64,000 bases of DNA from Acidimicrobiales bacterium (GTDB lineage Bacteria; Actinomycetota; Acidimicrobiia; Acidimicrobiales; SZUA-35): contig JBHJNQ010000024.1 of the NCBI GenBank assembly GCA_050330635.1, forward strand, positions 38,374-102,373, in the 5' to 3' direction. The notes beneath the pieces are model-generated. The model saw only the letters and a program-made list of their open reading frames with translations, was not told where the DNA came from and made no database searches. Positions 10,898 to 20,455 of this stretch are shown in pieces (positions within the stretch are counted from its first letter, which is position 1; each line of letters opens with the position of its first letter). The position numbers and the translations under genes were made by a program.

Positions 10898-11056
10898 CGG
10901 GTCCTTTCGGAGGGTCGTCCTCTCGATCGGCGCCGACGCCGGGCGGGTGTAGGGGCGAATGGACGACCCGTACGCCCACGGAGTGTAGGTCGATAGGCCC
11001 AACCCCGACGCTCCACCCCCGGTGGGCAACCGTGCCCGATCCTCGGGTCGGCCCGG

Positions 11057-11092
11057 ACCGCTCCCAGTTCTGGCCCGCACCGCTCCCAGTTC
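11057..11092. repeat. 14-nt direct repeat ACCGCTCCCAGTTC x2 with a 22-nt period, in a divergent promoter region
   Basis: Identical copies at 11057-11070 and 11079-11092, between the epimerase operon (-) and the acyl-CoA dehydrogenase-like gene (+). Confidence 0.8.
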
Positions 11093-11203
11093 CGGGAACA
11101 ACCCGGGCCACAACCGGCGGCGCGGGTGACCGGCGCGAGTCGCGCCGCGGTGGGACACCGCTCCATGGGGTCTGGGCCGGTGGGCGCGCCTAGGTTGGAG
11201 GCG

Positions 11204-12370
11204 ATGGGGGACGCCACCAAGCCCTGGGAACGTGATCCGATCCTCGCCGCGTCGCGCGACCTGGCTCCCGAGGTGCGGGCCGCCGCTCCCATCATCGAGC
11301 GTGACCGGTGCCTCCCCCCGGCGCTCGTCGAGTCCTTGACCGAGGCCCGGATCTTCCAGATGTTCCTACCCCGGGCCGTGGGCGGGCCGGAGGTCCATCC
11401 CCTGACCGCCTTCGCCGTGAGCGAGGAGATGGCCCGGGCCGACGGCTCCACCGGCTGGTGCATCCAGGTGTCGGCCGCCACCACCATGTTCCTCCCCTAC
11501 CTCGACCCCGTCGCCCTCGACGAGATGGCGGCCACCACCTCGGGCCCGATCCACGTGGCCGGCTCGGCCCGACCCCTCGGTGAGGCGGTACGGACCGACG
11601 ACGGCTACCGGGTCAAGGGCCACTGGAACTTCGCCAGCGGTGTCCGCCACGCCAACTGGTTCCTCGCCACCTCCTTCGTCGAGGTCGACGACGGCTCCCG
11701 AACCGCCCGCTCGATGCTGATCCCCGTGGACGAGGGCCGCATCGAGTCGAACTGGGACGTCGTCGGCATGCGGGGCACCGGCAGCGACGACTTCGTCATC
11801 GACGACGTGTTCGTGCCCCGGGGCCGGATCGGAGCCCGGCATTGGGTGGAGCGGCGACCCGAACCCCTCTACGACCCCCGGGCCATGAACGTGCTCATGT
11901 GGACCCCGACGGCCGGGGTGGCGATCGGGTTGGCCCGGGCCGCCGTCGACGCCCTCGTGGCCCTCGGCGAGCGGTCGTCGACCAGCTCGCCGACACCGCT
12001 GCGGGAGCGGACCGAGGTGCAGGACGCGGTGGCCGACGCCGAGGCCATCACCGCCGCCGCCCGGGCCTTCTGCATCGAGTCGATCGACGCCGTGTGGCGA
12101 TCCCTGTGTGGCGAGGGCGGCGACCTGCCCGAACGGGTGGCCCGGGCCCAGTTGGCCATCACCCACGCCATGCACGAAGCGGTCCGGGTGGCCGACCGCT
12201 GCTTCCACGCCGCCGGCACCAACGCCATCTCGGGAGCCAACGGCCTCGAGCGGGTGTGGCGCGATACCCACACCGCGGTCGAGCACGCCGCCGGGCGGCC
12301 CATCCACCGACGGGCCGCCGGACGGGCCCGGCTCGGCCTCGACCCCGGCGGCACCACCGCCACCTCCTGA
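11204..12370 (+). CDS. Acyl-CoA dehydrogenase family protein / flavin-dependent monooxygenase-like
   Basis: ACAD-fold signatures (SEEMARADGSTGW, GHWNFASG, GMRGTGSDDF). ATG preceded by ggttggagg. Confidence 0.85.
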   Translation: MGDATKPWERDPILAASRDLAPEVRAAAPIIERDRCLPPALVESLTEARIFQMFLPRAVGGPEVHPLTAFAVSEEMARADGSTGWCIQVSAATTMFLPYLDPVALDEMAATTSGPIHVAGSARPLGEAVRTDDGYRVKGHWNFASGVRHANWFLATSFVEVDDGSRTARSMLIPVDEGRIESNWDVVGMRGTGSDDFVIDDVFVPRGRIGARHWVERRPEPLYDPRAMNVLMWTPTAGVAIGLARAAVDALVALGERSSTSSPTPLRERTEVQDAVADAEAITAAARAFCIESIDAVWRSLCGEGGDLPERVARAQLAITHAMHEAVRVADRCFHAAGTNAISGANGLERVWRDTHTAVEHAAGRPIHRRAAGRARLGLDPGGTTATS

Positions 12371-12493
12371 GTGCCCGGGGGTCGCCCTCGGCCTCGACCC
12401 CGACGGCACACCCCGACCGTCGGCCCCGAACCCCACCCGGGGCCCGACCGCCGCCGGAATGCACCCCGCGGCGTCATGGACCAAGATGGGGCC

Positions 12494-13396
12494 ATGCGCA
12501 TCGGGCTGTTCACCTTCGTCGACTCCATCCCCCAGCTGACCGAACTGGCCACCACCGCCGAGGAGCAGGGCTTCGACAGCCTGTGGGTTCCTCAGACGTT
12601 CGGGCTCGACACCCTGACCGCCATCGCCGTCGCCGGCCAGCAGGTGAGCCGCATCACGTTCGCCACGGCCGTCGTCCCCACCTACCCCCGCCATCCCCAG
12701 ATGCTGGCCCAGCAGGCCCTCACCGTGAACGGCGCCATCGACGGCCGGCTCGTGCTCGGTATCGGCCCGTCGCACCAGCCGGTGGTCGAAGGGTCGTGGG
12801 GGCTGTCGTTCGACAAGCCGATCCGCCACCTGCGCGAGTACCTCGAGGTGCTGATGCCGCTCCTCCACGACAGGAAGGTCCGCTTCGATGGGGAGTCGAT
12901 CACGACCAGGGCCGACATCACGGTCGACGCCCCCGCCCCCAAGGTGATGATGGCCGCCCTCGGTCCGCAGCTGCTGAAGGTCACCGGCCGCCTGGCCGAC
13001 GGCACCATCCTCTGGATGACGGGGCCCCGCACGATCGAGACCCACAGCGTCCCCACCATCGCCGCCGCCGCCGCCGAGGCCGGCCGGGCCCAGCCGGAGA
13101 TCGTGGCCGGCTTCCCGGTATGCGTCACCGACGGTTCGGCCGAGGCCGACCGGGCCACGAGGGAGCGGGCGGCCAAATCGTTCGCCATCTACGGCACCCT
13201 GCCCTCCTACCGGGCCATGCTCGACCGCGAGGGGTACGAGGGCCCGGCCGACCTGGCCATCATCGGTGGGCCCGACGAGGTGGGCGAGCGGATCGCGGCC
13301 ATGGCCGGCATCGGGGTGACGACGTTCGCCGCCTCCGAGTTCGGCTCCAGCGACCAGCGGGCCGCCACCCGGGAACTGCTCGTCGGCATGCTCTGA
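12494..13396 (+). CDS. LLM-class (luciferase-like) F420/flavin-dependent oxidoreductase
   Basis: MRIGLFTF...AEEQGFDSLWVPQ...LGIGPSH... pattern typical of LLM-class oxidoreductases. Confidence 0.88.
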   Translation: MRIGLFTFVDSIPQLTELATTAEEQGFDSLWVPQTFGLDTLTAIAVAGQQVSRITFATAVVPTYPRHPQMLAQQALTVNGAIDGRLVLGIGPSHQPVVEGSWGLSFDKPIRHLREYLEVLMPLLHDRKVRFDGESITTRADITVDAPAPKVMMAALGPQLLKVTGRLADGTILWMTGPRTIETHSVPTIAAAAAEAGRAQPEIVAGFPVCVTDGSAEADRATRERAAKSFAIYGTLPSYRAMLDREGYEGPADLAIIGGPDEVGERIAAMAGIGVTTFAASEFGSSDQRAATRELLVGML

Positions 13397-13405
13397 CCCG
13401 ACGGC

Positions 13406-13465
13406 GGGACCGACTGCGGAACCGACGCCGGAACCGACTGCGGAACCGACGCCGGGACCGACGAC
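13406..13465. repeat. 12-nt tandem repeat x5 (GGRACCGACKSC), alternating as a 24-nt unit
   Basis: gggaccgactgc ggaaccgacgcc ggaaccgactgc ggaaccgacgcc gggaccgacgac, starting 10 nt after the LLM stop. Confidence 0.9.
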
Positions 13466-13758
13466 CCACCACCGGGGTGGGCCGAGTCGGCCGGCACCGT
13501 CGTTTCCCCTCTCGTTCCCTCGTGGCGGAACGGCAGCTCATCGATCGGATCGTCGGCGGCGACGCCGCCGCCCATGCCCGGGCTCTGTCCCTCTACGCCG
13601 GGGCCGAGCCGGCCGTGCGGACCGAGATGCTCAATCAGCTGGCGGGCCGCTGACGGTCACCCGGGCCACCGGCCCTGCGCTCATCGTCGGCCCGGCGTCA
13701 GTCGTCGGGCCGAACGCTCACGTCGATGGCTCGAGCCGATCCGGGGCGGTGGTGCCGG

Positions 13759-15222
13759 TCAGGCCTGGTAGCTGCTCGAGGTGGTGGCGCCGCCCGCGCC
13801 CGTCCAGTCGGTGTGGAAGTGCTCGCCCCGGGACCGGTCGACCCGTTCGTAGGTGTGGGCCCCGAAGTAGTCGCGCTGGGCCTGGATCAGGTTGGCCGGG
13901 CCCCGGCGACGGCGGATCCCGTCGTAGAAGGCAAGGGCCGACGAGCAGGCCGGCAGGGCCAGGCCGGCCGTGGCACCGGCCGCCACCACCCGCCGCAGCG
14001 AGCCCTCGGTAGCAGCGAGGGCCTCGGCGAAGAATGGGGCCAGGAGGAGGTTGGCGTCGGCCGCGCCGTCGCGGTAGGCGTCGGTGATGTCGTCGAGGAA
14101 ATCGGCCCTGATGATGCACCCGGCCCGCCACAACGACGCCACCGTGCCAAGGTCGAGGCCCCACTCGTACTCGAGTGAGGCCTCGGCCAGCAGCATGAAA
14201 CCCTGGGCGTACGACACGATCTTGGCGGCGTAGACCGCGCCCTCGATGTCGTCGGGGGAGACGGTGTCGCCGTCGAGCGTCCCGTCGGGACCGCCGAGGG
14301 TGGCCGATGCCGATGCCCGCAGGTCGATCAGGGCCGAGAGCTGGCGGGCCATCACCGCCTCGGCGATCAGGGTCAGGGGCTGGCCGAGCTCGAGCGAGTT
14401 GCCCACCGTCCACCGCCCCGTGCCCTTCTGGCCGGCGGCGTCGAGGATGAGATCGACGACGGGTCGACCGTCGCCGTCGACGGTGGTGAGGATCTCGGCC
14501 GTGATGTCGACCAGATACGACGACAACACCCCGTGACGCCACCGCTGGAACACGGCCCCCATCTCGGCATTGCTGTGGCCCAGGCCGGCCAGGAGGGCGT
14601 AGGCCTCGGCCAACACCTGCATGTCGCCGTACTCGATCCCGTTGTGCACCATCTTCACGAAGTGCCCGCTGCCGCCGGGGCCGAGCCAGGCGGCGCACGG
14701 GGCCCCGTCGTCGGCCCGGGCGGCGATCGCCTCGAGCACGGGCATGACGAGGTCACGGGCCTCCGGTGAGCCGCCGGGCATGATCGAGGGGCCGTGTCGG
14801 GCGCCCTCCTCGCCCCCCGACACGCCCGTTCCCACGTAGAGGACGCCCCGTTCGCCCAGCGTCTCGATCCTGCGGGCGGTGTCGGCGAAGTGGGAGTTGC
14901 CGCCGTCGATGATCACGTCACCCTCGTCGAGGAGGCGGGAGAGCCGGTCGACCACGGTGTCGACCACCGCTCCCGCCTTCACCATCAGGAGCACGCGCCT
15001 CGGTCGCGGGAGCCGGCTCACCAGGTCGTCCAACGACGACGTGGCGACGACACTGCCGGCAGCGGCGTGGGCCGCCCCCGGCCCCGCCACGAAGTCGGAC
15101 GTCACCTGTTCGGTGCGGTTCTGGACGGCGACCGTCAGCCCGTGGTCGGCCAGGTTGAGGGCGAGGTTCTGGCCCATGACGGCGAGTCCGACGAGCCCGA
15201 TGTCAGCAGCGGTGGAGGCCAT
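13759..15222 (-). CDS. gnd: 6-phosphogluconate dehydrogenase (decarboxylating)
   Basis: IGLVGLAVMGQNLALN, GTGVSGGEEGAR, HFVKMVHNGIEYGDMQ, AQRDYFGAHTYER are all canonical Gnd motifs. Confidence 0.95.
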   Translation of the reverse strand: MASTAADIGLVGLAVMGQNLALNLADHGLTVAVQNRTEQVTSDFVAGPGAAHAAAGSVVATSSLDDLVSRLPRPRRVLLMVKAGAVVDTVVDRLSRLLDEGDVIIDGGNSHFADTARRIETLGERGVLYVGTGVSGGEEGARHGPSIMPGGSPEARDLVMPVLEAIAARADDGAPCAAWLGPGGSGHFVKMVHNGIEYGDMQVLAEAYALLAGLGHSNAEMGAVFQRWRHGVLSSYLVDITAEILTTVDGDGRPVVDLILDAAGQKGTGRWTVGNSLELGQPLTLIAEAVMARQLSALIDLRASASATLGGPDGTLDGDTVSPDDIEGAVYAAKIVSYAQGFMLLAEASLEYEWGLDLGTVASLWRAGCIIRADFLDDITDAYRDGAADANLLLAPFFAEALAATEGSLRRVVAAGATAGLALPACSSALAFYDGIRRRRGPANLIQAQRDYFGAHTYERVDRSRGEHFHTDWTGAGGATTSSSYQA

Positions 15223-15281
15223 CGGCCAAACCTAACTGGCCCACCCCGCCCGGAACGCACCGCGAGTTTGCCCCCGGCCCG

Positions 15282-17216
15282 GTGGGGCCGATGGCCCACG
15301 GCGGTGGGCGACTCATCATCTGCGCCCGGACCGCCCCGTCGTCCGATGTTCGGGAGGTGACCGGATCCCGAACCGAGCCGGCCGCCACAGACGCCGCTCC
15401 GTCGCGGACCTGGCGGGCGACACCGACGGCGGCGACCGCCATCCGGGTGGCGGTGGCGGTCGCACCCCTGCTCTGTACCTGGCTCGCCGTCCACCTCGCC
15501 TCGCCGTGGTTCTACCGGCCGGCGGGCCGGCTCGGTCTGGCCTGGTGGGTGTTCCAGGCCGCCCCGTTGGGGCTGGTCGTGTCGGCCACCGTCGATCGGG
15601 TGGCCCGACGGCTCCTCCCCCTCGCCTTCCTCCTCGACCTGACATTGGTGTTCCCCGATCAGGCCCCGTCCCGTTTCGCCGTCGCGCTGCGCACCGGCAC
15701 CGTGTCGCGGCTGCGGGACCGGTCGGTCGACGTCCGGCGCCGCGGCCTCGACGACACCGGCGGCATCGGCGGGTCGGCCCAGCGGGCGGTCGAGCTCCTG
15801 GCCACCGTCGGGCACCACGACCGGGCCACCCGCGGCCACACCGAACGGGTCCGGGCCTACAGCGACATGATCGCAGCCGAGCTCGGTCTGGCCAACGACG
15901 AGCGGGCCAAGCTGGCCTGGGGCGCCCTCCTCCACGACGTGGGCAAGCTGACCGTGCCGGCGTCGATCCTCAACAAGGCGGGCCGACCGAGCGACGTGGA
16001 ATGGGCCATCATCGAGCAGCATCCCGCCGCCGGGGAGGAGATCATGGCCGCCCTCCAGCCGTGGCTCGGCGGGTGGACGGGGGCCGCCAGCGATCATCAT
16101 GAGCGGTGGGACGGGGCCGGGTACCCCCGTCGACTCCACGGCGCCGACATTTCACTCGCCGGTCGTATCGTAGCGGTGGCCGACGCCTACGACGTGATGA
16201 CCTCGGTCCGCTCGTACAAGCGGCCCCTCGCCCCCGCGGCGGCCCGCCGTGAACTAGTGGCGTGCGCCGGGAGCCACTTCGACCCGACGGTGGTGCGAGC
16301 GTTCGTGACCACGGCCCTCCCCCCACCCTGGCGCTGCGGCCCGTTCGGCTGGCTGCTCGAGCTGATCAGGACGTCGGGTTGGGCCTCGACCGGCGGCGGG
16401 GTGGTGTCGAGCACCGTACTCGCCATCGGGGGCACCCTGGCCCTCGGCCCGGTGACGCCCCCCACCGAGTTGTCCTTCGCCGACGTGGCGCCGGCTCTCG
16501 GCCAGCTGATCCCACCCGACCGGCCGACGCTCGACGGCGTCGGAGCGCTGCCGGCGCTGCTCTCGGACCCGGGCGCCGGCCGGGCCGCTTCCACCGGCGA
16601 CGCCACGGCGACGACGACGGCTCCGGAGCCGGGCCCGACGGACGGCGGAGACGGTGAGGCGACGGCCGGCGGTCCGCTCGCTCCCGAGCCGTCCGGAATA
16701 CCCGAGGACATCCCCGCCCCCGGAGCGCCGCCCTCCCGGCCGCCGGCGACACCACCGGTGGCGGCGCCCCCGTCGACGGTCCCCGCCACCGTCCCGACCA
16801 CGGGCGCCCCCGTTCCTCCGCCCCCCGCGGCGGCCCCCGCCGCTCCGCCCGGCACCGTGCCGCCCGGGACAACGGTGCCGGCCGGGACAACGGTGCCGGC
16901 GGCGGAGACGGCTGGGCCCGTCGCCGTCGACGACCGGGACACGGTGGTGGCGGGGCGACTCGTGGCCATCGACGTCCTGGCCAACGACCACCTCGACCGG
17001 CGGGCCGGACCCCACCGCCTGGAGATCGTGGGCGGAGGCGCCGCACGGGCCCGGACATGGATCCAGTGGGACGCCGGACGCCCGTGGCCTGGCACCTTCA
17101 AGCTGTTCTACCGGGCGGGCCCGGACCCGATCGTCGACGTGATCGTCTACCGGGTGTGCGACCGCCACGGGCGCTGCAGCGAGGCCACGGTCACGATCGA
17201 GGTGACCGACGACTGA
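15282..17216 (+). CDS. Membrane HD-GYP domain protein with a Pro-rich spacer and a C-terminal cadherin-like/Ig-like domain (start uncertain)
   Basis: N-terminal TM helices. HD-GYP core (HTERV...LLHDVGK...HHERWDGAGYP). Another TM (VVSSTVLAIGGTLALG), a Pro-rich region, then PVAVDDRDTVVAGRLVAIDVLANDH...TVTIEVTDD. Confidence 0.85.
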   Translation: MGPMAHGGGRLIICARTAPSSDVREVTGSRTEPAATDAAPSRTWRATPTAATAIRVAVAVAPLLCTWLAVHLASPWFYRPAGRLGLAWWVFQAAPLGLVVSATVDRVARRLLPLAFLLDLTLVFPDQAPSRFAVALRTGTVSRLRDRSVDVRRRGLDDTGGIGGSAQRAVELLATVGHHDRATRGHTERVRAYSDMIAAELGLANDERAKLAWGALLHDVGKLTVPASILNKAGRPSDVEWAIIEQHPAAGEEIMAALQPWLGGWTGAASDHHERWDGAGYPRRLHGADISLAGRIVAVADAYDVMTSVRSYKRPLAPAAARRELVACAGSHFDPTVVRAFVTTALPPPWRCGPFGWLLELIRTSGWASTGGGVVSSTVLAIGGTLALGPVTPPTELSFADVAPALGQLIPPDRPTLDGVGALPALLSDPGAGRAASTGDATATTTAPEPGPTDGGDGEATAGGPLAPEPSGIPEDIPAPGAPPSRPPATPPVAAPPSTVPATVPTTGAPVPPPPAAAPAAPPGTVPPGTTVPAGTTVPAAETAGPVAVDDRDTVVAGRLVAIDVLANDHLDRRAGPHRLEIVGGGAARARTWIQWDAGRPWPGTFKLFYRAGPDPIVDVIVYRVCDRHGRCSEATVTIEVTDD

Positions 17217-17283
17217 CGCGGTAGGGTGCGCCCGAGGCGGCCCCGGGAGGGCGCCCGTAACCGTTCGAAGGAGTTGCATCCCA

Positions 17284-17787
17284 ATGGCCCAGACAGCACT
17301 CGGTGGAAACACGGTCAACACCAGCGGCGATCTGCCCGCCGTCGGCTCCCAGGCACCAGCCTTCACGCTGACCGGGAGCAACCTGAGCTCGATCTCCACC
17401 ACCGACCTCGCCGGTCAGACCATCGTGCTCAACATCTTCCCCTCGATCGACACCCCCACCTGCGCCAACAGCGTCCGGGCGTTCAACGAGAAGGCGGCCG
17501 GTCTCGACGACACGACCGTGCTGTGCGTCTCGGCCGACCTGCCGTTCGCCCAGAGCCGGTTCTGCGGAGCCGAGGGCATCGAGAACGTCAAGACGGCGTC
17601 GACGTTCAAGAACCCCGAGTTCATGGTGGCCTACGGCGTCGGCCTGGTCGACGGCAAGCTCGAGGGGCTGTGCGCCCGGGCCGTCGTCGTCATCGACGGC
17701 GACAACAACGTGCGATACACCCAGCTCGTGCCGGAGATCGCCAACGAGCCCGACTACGACGCCGCCCTCGCCGCCGTCCAGTCCTGA
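17284..17787 (+). CDS. tpx: Thiol peroxidase (atypical 2-Cys peroxiredoxin Tpx)
   Basis: FPSIDTPTCA peroxidatic Cys motif, resolving Cys region SADLPFAQSRFCGAEG. 167 aa. Confidence 0.95.
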   Translation: MAQTALGGNTVNTSGDLPAVGSQAPAFTLTGSNLSSISTTDLAGQTIVLNIFPSIDTPTCANSVRAFNEKAAGLDDTTVLCVSADLPFAQSRFCGAEGIENVKTASTFKNPEFMVAYGVGLVDGKLEGLCARAVVVIDGDNNVRYTQLVPEIANEPDYDAALAAVQS

Positions 17788-17815
17788 CGGCGCCCGGCGG
17801 CTTGCCGACCGAGCG

Positions 17816-17841
17816 GGCCGGGGTGTACCCACACCCCGGCC
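17816..17841 (+). terminator. Strong hairpin downstream of tpx
   Basis: ggccggggtgt-accc-acaccccggcc: an 11-bp perfect stem with a 4-nt loop, 29 nt after the tpx stop. No T-tract. Confidence 0.5.
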
Positions 17842-18022
17842 CCGGGTACGCCGGGTCCATGGCGTCCTACCGCGTCCACGACGCCGCCGTCGGCCGGGCC
17901 TGGGAGCTGACCCGGGTCGGCCACGTGGTCGGGAACGCTCCCGCTGGCCCGTCGAGTTGAGCCCGCCCGCCTGGTCGTGGTGAGGTGAGACACCGACCGA
18001 CGACGACGACAAGGGGATCCCG

Positions 18023-18994
18023 ATGGTGGCCGAGCTCGACCTGACCAACTACCTCGACGCCGAGCACCTGTCCGTCCTGCGGGCCATGCCCGCCGACCTG
18101 TTGGACCTGCGCGACATCCCCGCGGCCCGGCAGCGCTTCGAGGCCGCCCTCGAGGCCATGCCAGCCGTGGAGCTGCCACCCGAGGTGGCTATCTCCGAGG
18201 AACTGGTGCCGGGCCACGATCCGGAGGACCCGCCGGTGCGGATCAAGATCTATCGCCCCGAGGGGCTGGCCGCCGGAGCGGCGGCCCTGTACTGGATCCA
18301 TGGCGGGGGGATGGTCATGGGCAGCGCCGACCAAGACGACTCCCGCTGCGCCGTGTGGGCCGCCGCCCTCGGTGCCCTCGTCGTCTCCGTCGACTACCGC
18401 CTCGCCCCCGAGGATCCGTACCCCGCTCCCCTCGACGACTGCTACGCCGGTTTGGTGTGGCTGGCATCGTCGTCGTCGGATCTCGGGGTCGACCCCGACC
18501 TGATCGCCATCGGCGGGGCCAGCGCCGGGGGCGGCCTGGCCGCCGGCCTCGCCCTGCGGGCCCGTGACGCCGGTGGTCCGGCGATCTGCTACCAGCATCT
18601 CGTCTATCCGATGATCGACGACCGCAACGATACCCACAGCAGCCACGCCATCACCGATCCCCGGGTGTGGAACCGGGAGGCCAACCGGCTGGGGTGGGCC
18701 GCCTATCTCGGCCAGTCCGGTCAGGGAGGCGAGGTACCGATCTACGCCGCGCCGGCGCGGGCCACCAACCTGAAGGGACTACCCCCCGCCTACCTGCCGG
18801 TGGGATCGCTCGACCTGTTCCTCGACGAGAACATCGACTACGCCCAACGAATGCTCCAGGCGGGGGTGCCGGTGGAGCTGCGGGTCTACCCCGGAGCGTT
18901 CCACGGCTCGAACGGCTTCGCCTCCCGCACCGCCATCTCCCGGCGATGGATCAAGGACGAGCTCGACGCCGCCCGTCGCGGCCTCGGCGGCTGA
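18023..18994 (+). CDS. Alpha/beta hydrolase (hormone-sensitive-lipase-like esterase)
   Basis: HGGG oxyanion motif (WIHGGGMV) and the nucleophile elbow GASAGG. Confidence 0.88.
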   Translation: MVAELDLTNYLDAEHLSVLRAMPADLLDLRDIPAARQRFEAALEAMPAVELPPEVAISEELVPGHDPEDPPVRIKIYRPEGLAAGAAALYWIHGGGMVMGSADQDDSRCAVWAAALGALVVSVDYRLAPEDPYPAPLDDCYAGLVWLASSSSDLGVDPDLIAIGGASAGGGLAAGLALRARDAGGPAICYQHLVYPMIDDRNDTHSSHAITDPRVWNREANRLGWAAYLGQSGQGGEVPIYAAPARATNLKGLPPAYLPVGSLDLFLDENIDYAQRMLQAGVPVELRVYPGAFHGSNGFASRTAISRRWIKDELDAARRGLGG

Positions 18995-19093
18995 TCCCCC
19001 GCTGACCCCGGTCGCCGTCCCAGCGGCCCGGCGGCCTCGAGCCACCGGACGCGCCGGCAGGCCCGGTGGGCGCCGGGTCTTCGGTCGGTCGGC

Positions 19094-19447
19094 TCAGAGC
19101 CGTTCGTTGAACTCGACGAGATTGCCCGAGGGGTCCTTGCAGAAAACCTGCCGGCACACGCCGGCGATCTCGCTGGCCTTCGACACCTTGTGGCCGACCC
19201 CGGCCAGCCGCTCGGTTACACCGTCGACGTTGTCGACCTCGAAGGCGTAGTGTTGTCCTGCGTTGTCGGGGACGTCCTGCACGATGAGGTGGATCTCACG
19301 ACCGTCGGGACAGCCGAGCCACACGCCATCGACCCCGAGCTCGGGACGTGGGAGCACGTCGAGGCCGAGTACGTCGGTGTAGAACGACTGCGTGGCGGGG
19401 AGATCGCTCACGTTGATGGAGACATGGTGAACGCCGCGTAATTCCAT
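19094..19447 (-). CDS. VOC family (glyoxalase/bleomycin-resistance fold) protein
   Basis: GVHHVSINVSDL...FYTDVLGL...HYAFEV...DPSGNLVEF pattern. 117 aa. Confidence 0.88.
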   Translation of the reverse strand: MELRGVHHVSINVSDLPATQSFYTDVLGLDVLPRPELGVDGVWLGCPDGREIHLIVQDVPDNAGQHYAFEVDNVDGVTERLAGVGHKVSKASEIAGVCRQVFCKDPSGNLVEFNERL

Positions 19448-19626
19448 CCCCCGACGCTACGGCACGAACGATCCGGGCCGCCAGAGCAGCGGCGGACCGT
19501 CGCGGTCGGCGGACGGCCCGAGCACCGGCACGGGGTGGCGTGACGGTGCCCGGGACGGGAGACTGAGCCGACGGGCACCGCCCGCGGTCACGACCACAGC
19601 GCACGTCATCAGGGGGACGCAACGAC

Positions 19627-20418
19627 ATGATGGATCTCGATCTCAGCGGGCGGCGGGCCATCGTCACCGGGGCCAGCGCCGGCATCGGCGCCGCCGTGGT
19701 CGCCATGCTCGCCGATCACGGGGCAGCGGTCGCCTTCTGTGCCCGCGACGCCGAGGCCGTCGAGCGCCGGGCCGCCCACCGCCCGGCGTCGGGGTCGGGG
19801 TCGGTGTGGGGCCGGGTGGCCGACATGGCCGACGGTGAGGCGGTGGACGGATTCCTGGCCGCGGCCGAGGCCGAGATCGGGGCGGCCGACATCGTCGTCA
19901 ACAACGTCGGGGCCTCCCCGTCGCGCAACTTCCTCTACATGACCGACGACGACTGGGAGTCGCTCCATCGGCTCAACCTGTTGTCGGCCGTCCGCTGCAC
20001 CCGTCACTGCCTGCCCCACATGCGCTCCCAGGGCTGGGGCCGAGTGGTGATGGTGGCCAGCGGAGCCGCCTTCTACCCGGGGGCGGCGCTCGTCGACTAC
20101 GCCGCCACCAAGGCGGCCATGGTGGCCACCGGCAAGGCGCTGGCCGGGAAGTACGGGGCCGACGGCGTGCTCGTCAACTCGGTGCTCCCGGGACTCATCC
20201 ACACCGCGATGTGGGATCGGGCGGCGGCGGAGGTGGCCGAGGCCGCCGGCACGACGGCCGAGGCCGTGATCGAGCGCAATGGCAGCACCGTGCCCGTCGG
20301 TCGCTACGGCACCGCCGAGGAGGTGGCCGCCGTCATCACCTTCCTCTGCTCGCCCGCCGCCTCCTACGTCAACGGGGCTGCCCTCGCCGTAGACGGCGGC
20401 CAGGGAGGCCACGTCTGA
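19627..20418 (+). CDS. SDR family oxidoreductase
   Basis: RAIVTGASAGIGAA, NNVG, YAATKAA (YxxxK), C-terminal YVNGAALAVDGG. Confidence 0.9.
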   Translation: MMDLDLSGRRAIVTGASAGIGAAVVAMLADHGAAVAFCARDAEAVERRAAHRPASGSGSVWGRVADMADGEAVDGFLAAAEAEIGAADIVVNNVGASPSRNFLYMTDDDWESLHRLNLLSAVRCTRHCLPHMRSQGWGRVVMVASGAAFYPGAALVDYAATKAAMVATGKALAGKYGADGVLVNSVLPGLIHTAMWDRAAAEVAEAAGTTAEAVIERNGSTVPVGRYGTAEEVAAVITFLCSPAASYVNGAALAVDGGQGGHV

Positions 20419-20455
20419 GGGCGCCAGCCGTTCACGCAACGGCTCGGCGGAGTCT

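Noticed and set aside
13522-13653. A 43-codon GTG ORF after the 12-mer repeat considered as a stand-alone CDS feature
   Set aside because: It is plausible but unsupported, with no RBS and no family recognised. I report it only as an observation, not a feature.
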